IMG/VR virus record: IMGVR_UViG_3300020463_000027 | Location: 1-56,125 of that record | Source of the DNA: a virus | Taxonomy: Duplodnaviria > Caudoviricetes | Strand: one strand, 5' to 3' | DNA length: 56,125 nucleotides | Shown here: piece after piece, positions 26,801 through 34,754 of the stretch | How the letters are laid out: each line of letters starts with the position of its first letter | How positions within the stretch are numbered: the first letter of the stretch is position 1 | The notes under the pieces: model-generated | What the model was told of the DNA's origin: nothing | Seen by the model: the letters and a program-made list of their open reading frames with translations, nothing else | Databases searched by the model: none | Program-made: the position numbers and the translations under genes

Positions 26801-28900
26801 ACAGAAGCACCATCAGTTGTCGTGAAAGGCGTTGGAAATGGTGCTGGAGGATGTGAAATACAAACCTTTATAGAAATAGATACACCAGCAGTTAGAATGG
26901 GTGTGGCGGTTGATACAGAGGGTGTGACAAACTCTACTATACCAACAAACTTTATGTTTGATTATCCAGTTTATTTACAAAATGATACTGAATATGCTCT
27001 TGTAGTAGAAACTGATTCTATTGATTATAAATTATGGTCATCTAAATTAGGAGAGACCGATATATCAACAAGTACGGTCATCACAACTCAACCTTCTTTA
27101 GGTTCGGTTTACCGATCACAAAATACTGAAAGTTGGACTGAAGATATATTTGAAGATCTTAAATTTACTTTATATCGTGCAGAGTTTGATATTGCTAGAC
27201 CAGCAGAATTACTACTTAAAAATGGTAGTACAGGATATGAGTTATTAGATGGACATCCATTTGAAACTAATGCAAGTGCAAATACAAATTCTACTTCTAA
27301 ATTATTTAAAAATAATAACTCTATATTAAAAGTAAATCATAGAGATCATGGATTTGAAGATAGTGGTAAATCATATGTGTTCTATAAGAATGCACTAGAA
27401 ACTGGTGGTATTACACAGTCAATTTTAAATAACAGACTATTCCAAGTAAGTAATTCTGGTATTGATTCATATAATATTATTTCTAGCTCTCAAGCTGCTG
27501 GTAATGCTATCGGTGGTGGAGATGTTGTTTATGCTTCTTACAATAGAAAATTTGAAACACTATATCCACAAATTCATTACTTAACATTTACTGGAACCAA
27601 ATTAGATACATCAGTCAAAACAACAGATGTTGTTCCTGTTGATTCAACAACAACAAATTATAACTCTTATTCACAATCAGATTATGAGAAAACATTCTTA
27701 AATGAACCACACTACTTTACTAATCAAAAATTTGTCGCATCTAGAATAAATGAAACTTTAAATAGTTTGACAGAATCTTTGGCATATAAAATGTCACTGT
27801 CGTCTACTAAGTCTTATTTGAGTCCAATAATAGACTTGTCAAGTGCTACTGTTAAAACATCTTCTAATAGAATAGAAAATGCTACAGGTCAGGAAGGTAG
27901 ATATGGTAGAAAGGATCAGATTATAAAATTCTATCCAGTTTATACACTCCAACTTGCTGGTAATGGTGGTACTCAGATACAAGCAGATCAATCAATAGTT
28001 GGATCTACAACTAAAACAACTGGAACTATTGCAAGAGTAAATGGAAATGTAGTTTATGTAAGAGTAAAGACAAGTCAATTCTTCCAAAAAGGAGAGACTG
28101 TGACTCTTGGAAATCAATCTACTTTAACAGGTGTAACTGTTGATTCTAATCCATCACAAATATTCTTTAGTATAGATCAAGCATCAACTATTGTTGCAAG
28201 AAATCCATCTATTATATTAGAGACATATGATAATATTATCACTGGTAAAACTACCATATGGAATAGTCAAACTCAACAGTTGACATTAAAGGTTGATGTT
28301 CAACCAATAAATGATGATTTTACTGGTAGAATAATTGATAATGTATTATACAATAGGAACTCTGTGACAACAGATCAAATTGCTGATATATTCCGTGTGG
28401 GTGATTTTGTTAAATATCCTACTCAAACAGATGAAGAAGCATCATATTTGGAAGTTGGTTCTGTAACATATGAAAGCGGTATTAACTTTGTTTCTGAAGA
28501 TACATCTAAAAACAGTTCTTCTATTGCTAAGTATGTAACTAAAGAAGTTTCAATACAAAGTCCTGCATCTGCTATTGATGTACATCTCTTAGTAAATGTT
28601 AAAGATATAAGTAATCTACAAGTTCTTTATAGATTCAAAAAAGCATCTAGTCAAGAGAACTTTGAGGATATTGATTGGGAGTATTTTAATGAAGATGGAA
28701 CACCTGATTCATTTGAGATTGCAACAAGTGAAAATTCAATATCTAGTATTGTAGAAAAACAATCATCATATCAAGACTTAAAATATAGTGTTGCTGATCT
28801 ACCAGAATTTTCATCATTTGCAGTTAAAGTTATCATGCGTGGTGTTGATCCATCGTTTGTACCTAAGATTCAAGACATAAGAGCAGTAGCCTCATTCTAA
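20801..28900 (+). CDS. Large virion structural protein, DUF4815/VrlC-like, 2699 aa
   Basis: MPQKTNLNVSPYYEDFD..KNFYKILFRPG..IQGRELTQ.QSILQNQ, RRYTMRDIGKLEKRI..LEYYT.LS.LE, DRFKSGFFVDNF, PLAQTF, VPKIQDIRAVA. Confidence 0.85.
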   Translation: MPQKTNLNVSPYYEDFDANKNFYKILFRPGFSIQGRELTQVQSILQNQVESFGKYAFKQGELVIPGEVGLNTKLDYVKLSSVSEVAVSEGNDIVYKKYDISQLIGQQLQGLTSGVKGSILATKLSTETSADTLFVNYINSGSSNTETTFRQGETLEVIDGVNTPLLVVGTDGSVLPTSISVTNPDTGEVTSLESPAMGFGSAVKVEEGIYFVNGYFVRNEEELLVIDEYYNKPSAKVGFVIKEEIVTPEEDASLYDNSIGSANYTAPGANRLKISLSLKEFALGAITDKNFIQLLTVSRGLVQSKVSTTDFSVLEQTLARRTFDESGDYVVENFDIDVRELAQKDGNRGIFGADEFGLYNGYTAGDASRKMIASIGPGKAYIKGYEIVNKETKYLEINKARESLSTDNVTLKSRGLPTYNITNVYGSVPLNKEGSDLTAYPDVFLYNTFNDGSIGLNNTELSTDHRQTIDRRGKTFSSDDGVKTITIQVSSATTLIGAVTDTTFQTQFGTLYYIKTRSDGGSPTAIGSFKTLSFATTNKPLVNSSESVQYLEVTIFGAKDELELLLLEYDLSDDEFKRKIFLTQSAAQANSGDEFGFIVDYSDTITPVIGKSKPSNFTVKERGSGFNPDSDVVLSKGRLAAGTTTYNSTFGYSYFDPQFFTKIILQNTPTGTNAFDEGSYVFGINSKAYGVVEGSSTGNYSTGKILFVKTLSGKFLSGETIQDEGGNTVRIAQDNTISHFVVQNRGLGYADGATLLINGLEYDSSKISLSRTNDGKIYKAAITNRSAVSIEYAQPPAITVQNPASAGAPNAAASVVPCLFRNTVTTYTPQNVKSIGCSYGAGNENVFTADVVVDSQKYSEIKTVTDYTFFGAKGSNFIESTSFSANASTVVQQGDLVQFSDDSNNLVRAVVQYATEQQGSYKSRIYLDTALPGAVTNASIVRLRPKVDNSTSGTLLYTTGSKQVSQISAGGDDTKIKYYFRRDFVTTASSSGGTITFAAQLPFGTQRFAAYREENFIITILDPGDAPDITKGDIIYVESDDVEITSATDTASGLTSGSISLQLPLNYFGTIATNGAFPKLKLTATLEVSNAKPRLKTAIKNKRITVTSAGDRIVPLRGTDYDSEAVEILSYSDAYKLRYVYEGTSSQPPEIDTAGNLISGTDVTSRYTFDNGQRDTIYDVSRIVLKPGFEETTGQLVIAFDYFEHSQGDFVTIDSYLHDAGVPEDEIPDFNSSVLGIVELKNVIDFRPKVDSTAIIPGFLNKSLLEVTDSPFAGAGAVVSSTPAPDTNLEYTFSFSQKQYLDRIDGIFLDKKGKFIVKEGNSSLNPTKPDPIEDAVPLFYAYVPAFTKTSKDVRLTPVDNRRYTMRDIGKLEKRIERLEYYTTLSILEQQALNMQVKDEIGLDRFKSGFFVDNFEAHKVGNLRSLDYKCAVDPQQSVLRPQSKEDSIHLVEVNTRNDQRAVSGYKKSGHMITLPYQSLSLLGNDFASSTLNPNPFVVLQYVGDSHVSPSIDQWYDSSIEPVVVDTNTDLFNIFLAKENVKESFSSIHNSFIVNWVGASSSFTSINSLGGVNSQIANTSVQTASVGSTSNISPQNNEVGKGVQTKTVNGNLVSTSLSLFARSVPIKFNVGRMKPNTKIYVFLEGRDISRWVNPDLRYTGIAGNSLSAFNGTVTTDEYGNASGLIVLPSGYPPAENAVWGGDIDSLSYDTDSEQITLTTGTLTFRFTSSSTNQAKEEVDSYTEVKYYATGILPQNPDSIISTKPAIFKSNEGVQLIESNTDNPVRPNPLAQTFKVENFDGGVFVTGLDLFFSKKSTNIPIKTYITNVNAEKPGKSIVPGSEKTLSPNTFIRCFASGNMSILKGETVTGNSSAASGPILQVFDKNNVELVASATGRYSLTNEQVYTVVISNHNGRSFTPNEGLTIPSVTLANATNGTDFILTIAKDSGKLSDLRITNPGLNYDSAILTIESPQLPGGSTATASIEVSGGQIYNAEVSLSGFGYTEAPSVVVKGVGNGAGGCEIQTFIEIDTPAVRMGVAVDTEGVTNSTIPTNFMFDYPVYLQNDTEYALVVETDSIDYKLWSSKLGETDISTSTVITTQPSLGSVYRSQNTESWTEDIFEDLKFTLYRAEFDIARPAELLLKNGSTGYELLDGHPFETNASANTNSTSKLFKNNNSILKVNHRDHGFEDSGKSYVFYKNALETGGITQSILNNRLFQVSNSGIDSYNIISSSQAAGNAIGGGDVVYASYNRKFETLYPQIHYLTFTGTKLDTSVKTTDVVPVDSTTTNYNSYSQSDYEKTFLNEPHYFTNQKFVASRINETLNSLTESLAYKMSLSSTKSYLSPIIDLSSATVKTSSNRIENATGQEGRYGRKDQIIKFYPVYTLQLAGNGGTQIQADQSIVGSTTKTTGTIARVNGNVVYVRVKTSQFFQKGETVTLGNQSTLTGVTVDSNPSQIFFSIDQASTIVARNPSIILETYDNIITGKTTIWNSQTQQLTLKVDVQPINDDFTGRIIDNVLYNRNSVTTDQIADIFRVGDFVKYPTQTDEEASYLEVGSVTYESGINFVSEDTSKNSSSIAKYVTKEVSIQSPASAIDVHLLVNVKDISNLQVLYRFKKASSQENFEDIDWEYFNEDGTPDSFEIATSENSISSIVEKQSSYQDLKYSVADLPEFSSFAVKVIMRGVDPSFVPKIQDIRAVASF

Positions 28901-28909
28901 TTTCCGCAT

Positions 28910-29116
28910 ATGGATTATCTGAAGGTTGAAGGACATGATGGTCTTGTAAGAGACCAAAACACAGGTGCCATCTTGAATTTGGATGATTCTGCTATAGAGG
29001 CAAGAAGAAAGTCAAAACATCTAGGTTCCGCATTAGATGACATAAATATGTTGAAGAATGAAGTATCTGAACTTAAGTCCTTACTAAGAGAGTTAATCAA
29101 AAATGCCAGCAGTTAA
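28910..29116 (+). CDS. Small virion-associated protein, 68 aa
   Basis: KVEGH.GLVRD..TGAILN plus C-terminal coiled coil; typical follower of the DUF4815 gene; internal CATAAATA at 29041-29048. Confidence 0.75.
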   Translation: MDYLKVEGHDGLVRDQNTGAILNLDDSAIEARRKSKHLGSALDDINMLKNEVSELKSLLRELIKNASS

Positions 29117-32100
29117 TGTCGCTAAGACGGATACCTTTGAGACTCAAAGGGTAAAAATAAATGAGATAGGTCAGTCCATATTTAATGTCACGGCTGGTGG
29201 TACTGATTTGTCTACTGGTAATTTGAGACTAGGTGATGGAACTAGACAATCTCCATCACTAGCTTTTACTTCTGATAATAAGTTAGGTATATACAAAGCA
29301 GATACAACAACACTTGGTTTTGTTGCATTAGAAAAGAAATTAATTGATATATCTGCAACAGACGTAAAATATTATAAAGATCTTATTATTCAGCAGAAAA
29401 AATTAGAAGATACTGGTCTTTTCATACAAGACGTTGGTCAGAATTATGATGCTGGTAGTTATACAGAAGTTCCTGTATTAGGTGGAACTGGTGATAATGC
29501 TTTACTTGATATTATAGTTGTTGACTATTCTGGATCAATTACCCAACAAGGTAAAAACTATACACCTGGTACTAACTTTAGTGGAATAGCATTAACTAGT
29601 AGTGGATCTGGAACAGGAGCAACTGCAAACTTTGAAATTCCTTCACTAGAAGGTTCAATAACAAATGCTGGTTCTGCATATGCACCTGATGTTTATAGTA
29701 ATGTTCCTCTCACAGGAGGTAATGGTAGCGGTGCAGAAGCAGAGATTACAATTACTGGTACTACAACTCTTCCAACAACTGTACAATCAGGTGGTTCTGG
29801 ATATGTAGATGGCACATATTCATCTATAGCATTTTATAATACTCCAACAACAACCTATACAGTAACAGTAATTGGAGGTCCTGGCACATATCAATATGTG
29901 ATTGATGGTGTTACAACACCAACTTTAAATTTAATTGCTGGTAATACGTATCGTTTTGATTTATCAGATTCTAGTAACAATACACACCCAATATATTTTC
30001 ATGGTGCTGGTGATGAATTAAACAACTTAGATACATCAAGTTATAAACAAGTTCCAGTAGGTGTAGAAGGAACTGCAGGAGCATTTACAGATTTAATTAT
30101 ATTTCCTAGTGCTGGTAACTCTGGTGTAGGTAGTGTTGGATATGCTTGTTCTAACCACTCAGGAATGGGTGGAACTATTAACCACACAACTGGATCACAA
30201 GGTGTATTTGGTAGAGATGCTTTTGGTGATGTTACTGTTTCTGGTGGTGCGGTAACAGATGTTTCAGTTACTACTTCTGGTACTGGATACAAACAAGGAG
30301 ATACATTTCAATCTGTAGCTATAGATCTTGGTGGAACTGGTTCTGGTTTTGTAGGTCTAGTTGGAACTCCAGTATTTACAGGTGCTGTGACTAATGTCAC
30401 TATCACTGCACAAGGACAAAACTATGAAGGTGGAGATATATTATCTGCAGCAGATGCAAATTTAGGAAATGGAGGAGGATCAGGATTTCAATATACTATT
30501 GGAGTAACGCCAGGTTTAATTTCTGAGTTTGAGTTTGCTACTTATGGAACTGGTCATCAGGTAGGTGATGTATTATCATTACCTGGTCAAACCAGTAATG
30601 TTAGTTGTTACATACCAGGTACTTTGAATGGTGTTCCAACAACTATTGGTACAGGAAATACATTTACAGTTCCTGATGGTACTAGATTAGAAGTTGGTAT
30701 GTCTTGCTTTGCTGAGGCAGGAAGCACTGGTGATCTTGGTCAAGGCATTACTATAACAGCAATAAATGGAAACGTAATCACAGTATCTCAATCTCCTGTT
30801 ACTGCTGGTGCTGCTACTATAACATTTACATCTGTTGATCCTTTAAATGTTCAATTATCAACTACACTAGGACTCTCAGCTGGAGATGTAATTGTAGTTA
30901 CATCTGGTGATGCAATTCTAAGTTCAAATACAACAATCAGTTCAGTTGATGCTAATAACAATATCATAACTCTATCTGGACAAGCAACAGAACCAGGTCA
31001 AGCAGTATTGCAATTTACTCCAGTATTTGGTATTGGTACACAAACATTCCAATATACAATTTCTAGATTAGGATCTATTGATTCAGCAGTTATTTCTGGA
31101 ACTAATGCTGGAAATGGATATTCAGAAAACGACGTTCTTACAGTTGATTCTACAAACTTAGTTGCTGCAGAAACTAAAGTTGTAACATATAAAAAGATTC
31201 AAACTCTTACATTTACTGGAACTGTTGCTGCTGGAACCTTTACAACATCACAAACATTAAATCTTCCAGATGGAACTATAGTTACTTTTATTCCTACAGG
31301 ATCAACAATTGTAGGACAAGCAAATGCAGATTATGGTGTAGTATCATCTACTGGTGGAAATGGTAGTGGAGCAACATTCAGTGTAACTAGAGATGCACAG
31401 GGTGTTTCTGCAGTTCAAGTGTCAGATGGTGGTTTTAATTATGAGGTTAATGATAGTTTAACTATTGTTGGTACTGATGTAGGTGGAACTTCTCCTGCAG
31501 ATGATATTACTATTCAAGTTGATAGTCTTACAGATTTTGATGACTATACTATTCTTCAAATAAATGAAAGTGGTGGCAATACAACAAATGTTATTATTGA
31601 AATAAATGATGTACAAACTGGATTTGCTGCCTCCAATACAATCAATAGGTCTGGTGGTGCAGGAAGTTATACAATTAATACATCTGTTGATGCTGATATA
31701 TTTTTAATAGATGACGTTTTCACTCCTAGTTTAACTCTTTATGTTGGTAGTACATATAGATTTGATCTAAATGATGGATCATTAGCATCAGATACTTTTG
31801 CTTTGAGTGCATTTGAAGGTGGACAATATGCACCTTCATTAGTACAGAATGTAGTGTCTTCAGTTCTTACTACAAGTAAAGTCCTTAGTGTAGCATCTAC
31901 TACTGGCATCGTAGCTGGAATGGAAGTGTTAGGAACTGGTGTTGGTAATCTTAATGCAATTACAAGAGTTGTAAGTGTAGACTCAGGTGCTAACACTGTT
32001 ACTATAGATGAATTTCCGCTAAGTGATGGTACCATAACTCTAACATTTCAAGGTGCAGAATATACAACTGGTGTTACTAGGGAAGCATCTGCTTTAGAAA

Positions 32101-34205
32101 TAAAAGTAGGATCTACTACACCAACTCTTTATTATTACTCTAAAGAACAAGCAGGATTAGGTGGATCTTCATCTATAACAATAGACGCTAATAACCCAAA
32201 AGTATTTGGTACTGGATTTAGTATTACAGTTCAATCAATTGCATCCACAGATATAATCATTGCTGATATTGATACAGGAATTTTATCTGCTGTAACTTTT
32301 TCTGGAACAGACTTTAGTGTTTCTAGTGGTGAAGTTACAGGAGTATTAACTGCACCAAGCATTACTGGTGGAATTGCTACTTTAGAACAAATAAATTCTA
32401 CAGCAAATTTAACTAGCACTGCAGTCAATATTGTAAACAATGGTAATTTCTTTATAGGATCTACACCACAAACAAATGTATTAGATGTTGTAGGAAATAC
32501 AGGAGCATTAACAACAAGTGGATTTGTTAAAACTTTAGACAAATTTAACAGTAATGATCAGATTGAGATTGAAGATAATGACATTAAATCTCTTTCTGGT
32601 TTTGATATTCTTATTACTCCAGCAGCAACAAGGGTTGCAAAAATAAATGCAACATCTGCTATCATTATTCCAGCTGGTGATAGTAATGCTAGACCATCTG
32701 CTGCTGTAGTGGAAAATGGTGCAATTAGATTTAACACAGACAGTGGACAGTATGAAGGATATAGTGCTTCAACAACTTCATGGTCATCACTAGGTGGTGT
32801 TAGAGACTTAGATGGTAACACATTCATTTCTGCTGAAGAAACTGTTGGTGCAAACGATAATAAATTATGGTTCTATAATGATGGTGACAATACAATCAGA
32901 GTTACACCAAATCATTTAGAATTTATTCAAATGAAGAAGGTGCGTTCTCTTAATACAGCAGCACCAACTTACACTGAATGGGCAGCAAACACTCCTGTAA
33001 CAGCAGGAACTTACGTTAAGTATAGAAACAACGTATTTGAAGTTACAGTCTCTGGAACGACAGCAACGTCAGGTAGTGAACCAACTGATATATCTGGTAC
33101 TCCATTTACAAACGGATCTGCAACACTACAGTATAATACCAGTGCTGTTGGATTATTAACATTTGAAGAATGTTCTGATATACAAATAGGACCTCTTGGT
33201 GATGTACCATTAACAATCAGTGGTGATCTAAGATTTCAGAACAATGAGATTACATCACTTATCAATGATATTGACATTAGACCTAATGCTGGTAAGAAAA
33301 TTGTATGTGATATAGACACAAGTTTAGTTGTTCCTTCTGGAACTACAGCACAGAGAGGATCTGCTGCTCAAGGATCTATCAGATATAATACTACAACTTT
33401 AACTTACGAAGGTTATGACGGAACTAACTGGGGTTCTCTTGGTGGTGTTAAAGACGTAGATCAGAATACTTATATCATTCCAGAATTATCTGCTGGATCT
33501 AACGAAAATATATTGTATTTCTATAACGATGGAAACAATACAATGCAGTTAACAACAACTGCGTTAGATTTCTTTGCTGTAGATACTATTAGATCTATCA
33601 CATCACAAGAGTTTGAAATTACTGCACAATTGATGACATTCAATAGTGCTGAAACAACTCTTGATAATACTGCTACTGATACAACATTCTTACATACCAG
33701 TAAGCAATACTTTGATCTAGGTCTTTCAGCTGGATTAAATGTTGATCCTGTTCTAAGACTTGACAATCAAGGTGATGTGTTCTTAAACGTAGGTTTTGGA
33801 ACTGGTGTATATGATGGAGTTAAAATATTTGATGGTGACTTGAAAGAGTTTGAACTTGCTGATGTTAAAATTTTATCTGAGAAAGTAGCATTGGTAAAAG
33901 GAACAGTAAATAATGGAGGGTCAAACATCTATGAACTTGCTACTCAAAATGGAGCAAAGGTTGTTATGGTTGCTGAAAACACAACTAACAATAATAAAGA
34001 ATTCTTTGAGTTTGGTGTTATAGATAATGGAACTGATATATTTCATACAGAATATGGAAATGTCAGGACTGGAGAACAATTAATTGTTCCTGTATTTGAA
34101 AAGACAGCAAGTGGATTTGCAAGAGTGAACTTTACAATAGGTTCTTCTGTCACAACAGCACATAATGTTGTAGTAACTATCGTATCCAACATCAATAAGA
34201 AATAA
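29103..34205 (+). CDS. Virion structural/fibre-like protein, 1700 aa, with cupredoxin-like and CBM-like modules
   Basis: MPAVNVAKTDTFETQRVKIN start; Gly/Thr-rich GxGY repeats; two G.IR(Y/F)NT...YEGY...W.SLGGV.D.D modules; H...CSNHSGM motif. Confidence 0.8.
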   Translation: MPAVNVAKTDTFETQRVKINEIGQSIFNVTAGGTDLSTGNLRLGDGTRQSPSLAFTSDNKLGIYKADTTTLGFVALEKKLIDISATDVKYYKDLIIQQKKLEDTGLFIQDVGQNYDAGSYTEVPVLGGTGDNALLDIIVVDYSGSITQQGKNYTPGTNFSGIALTSSGSGTGATANFEIPSLEGSITNAGSAYAPDVYSNVPLTGGNGSGAEAEITITGTTTLPTTVQSGGSGYVDGTYSSIAFYNTPTTTYTVTVIGGPGTYQYVIDGVTTPTLNLIAGNTYRFDLSDSSNNTHPIYFHGAGDELNNLDTSSYKQVPVGVEGTAGAFTDLIIFPSAGNSGVGSVGYACSNHSGMGGTINHTTGSQGVFGRDAFGDVTVSGGAVTDVSVTTSGTGYKQGDTFQSVAIDLGGTGSGFVGLVGTPVFTGAVTNVTITAQGQNYEGGDILSAADANLGNGGGSGFQYTIGVTPGLISEFEFATYGTGHQVGDVLSLPGQTSNVSCYIPGTLNGVPTTIGTGNTFTVPDGTRLEVGMSCFAEAGSTGDLGQGITITAINGNVITVSQSPVTAGAATITFTSVDPLNVQLSTTLGLSAGDVIVVTSGDAILSSNTTISSVDANNNIITLSGQATEPGQAVLQFTPVFGIGTQTFQYTISRLGSIDSAVISGTNAGNGYSENDVLTVDSTNLVAAETKVVTYKKIQTLTFTGTVAAGTFTTSQTLNLPDGTIVTFIPTGSTIVGQANADYGVVSSTGGNGSGATFSVTRDAQGVSAVQVSDGGFNYEVNDSLTIVGTDVGGTSPADDITIQVDSLTDFDDYTILQINESGGNTTNVIIEINDVQTGFAASNTINRSGGAGSYTINTSVDADIFLIDDVFTPSLTLYVGSTYRFDLNDGSLASDTFALSAFEGGQYAPSLVQNVVSSVLTTSKVLSVASTTGIVAGMEVLGTGVGNLNAITRVVSVDSGANTVTIDEFPLSDGTITLTFQGAEYTTGVTREASALEIKVGSTTPTLYYYSKEQAGLGGSSSITIDANNPKVFGTGFSITVQSIASTDIIIADIDTGILSAVTFSGTDFSVSSGEVTGVLTAPSITGGIATLEQINSTANLTSTAVNIVNNGNFFIGSTPQTNVLDVVGNTGALTTSGFVKTLDKFNSNDQIEIEDNDIKSLSGFDILITPAATRVAKINATSAIIIPAGDSNARPSAAVVENGAIRFNTDSGQYEGYSASTTSWSSLGGVRDLDGNTFISAEETVGANDNKLWFYNDGDNTIRVTPNHLEFIQMKKVRSLNTAAPTYTEWAANTPVTAGTYVKYRNNVFEVTVSGTTATSGSEPTDISGTPFTNGSATLQYNTSAVGLLTFEECSDIQIGPLGDVPLTISGDLRFQNNEITSLINDIDIRPNAGKKIVCDIDTSLVVPSGTTAQRGSAAQGSIRYNTTTLTYEGYDGTNWGSLGGVKDVDQNTYIIPELSAGSNENILYFYNDGNNTMQLTTTALDFFAVDTIRSITSQEFEITAQLMTFNSAETTLDNTATDTTFLHTSKQYFDLGLSAGLNVDPVLRLDNQGDVFLNVGFGTGVYDGVKIFDGDLKEFELADVKILSEKVALVKGTVNNGGSNIYELATQNGAKVVMVAENTTNNNKEFFEFGVIDNGTDIFHTEYGNVRTGEQLIVPVFEKTASGFARVNFTIGSSVTTAHNVVVTIVSNINKK

Positions 34206-34207
34206 AA

Positions 34208-34708
34208 ATGGCAACAACAATAGAAAAATTTGATTCCATGGGTGGATTTGCTGTAGGTAAAACTGTAGTTGTAGATGAACTAAGGAATGCAAAAGATCTT
34301 AATACTTTAGAGGTAAAAAATAGTAATTACACAGATAGTAGTTCTGTTAGTTATATCTTGCGTGGATTAAATACATCCACTCTTGACTTAGATGGCGTAG
34401 GTACACAAATTCCTATTACCAATAGCACTATGAATTTTATTACAGGTCATATTATGGCAGTCAATGATGTAGGAACTGTGTATTCTACAAAGTTTGAAAC
34501 ATCATTATATTGTGATAGTGTTGGTAACACAACTGTACAGTCTAGTTTTCAAACAGTTATTAAAGACGATGTTCCATCAGGAGAAACTTGGTCTGTTGAA
34601 CCAGTAGGAGCATCAAACAGGTTTAGTTATACAACAACTAGAGCTGGTACAACATCTACAATCAAATGGGTTTCTTATACCCAAGTTGTTAGCATTGCTT
34701 GGTCTTGA
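34208..34708 (+). CDS. Virion structural protein, 166 aa
   Basis: Beta-rich ORF between two fibre genes. Confidence 0.7.
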   Translation: MATTIEKFDSMGGFAVGKTVVVDELRNAKDLNTLEVKNSNYTDSSSVSYILRGLNTSTLDLDGVGTQIPITNSTMNFITGHIMAVNDVGTVYSTKFETSLYCDSVGNTTVQSSFQTVIKDDVPSGETWSVEPVGASNRFSYTTTRAGTTSTIKWVSYTQVVSIAWS

Positions 34709-34710
34709 TG

Positions 34711-34717
34711 CTAAATA
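34711..34717 (+). promoter_or_regulatory. Late promoter (CTAAATA)
   Basis: Intergenic, upstream of 34755. Confidence 0.6.
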
Positions 34718-34754
34718 TATCATAGGAAAAAATGTCTAGGGATACTGCAGCACC

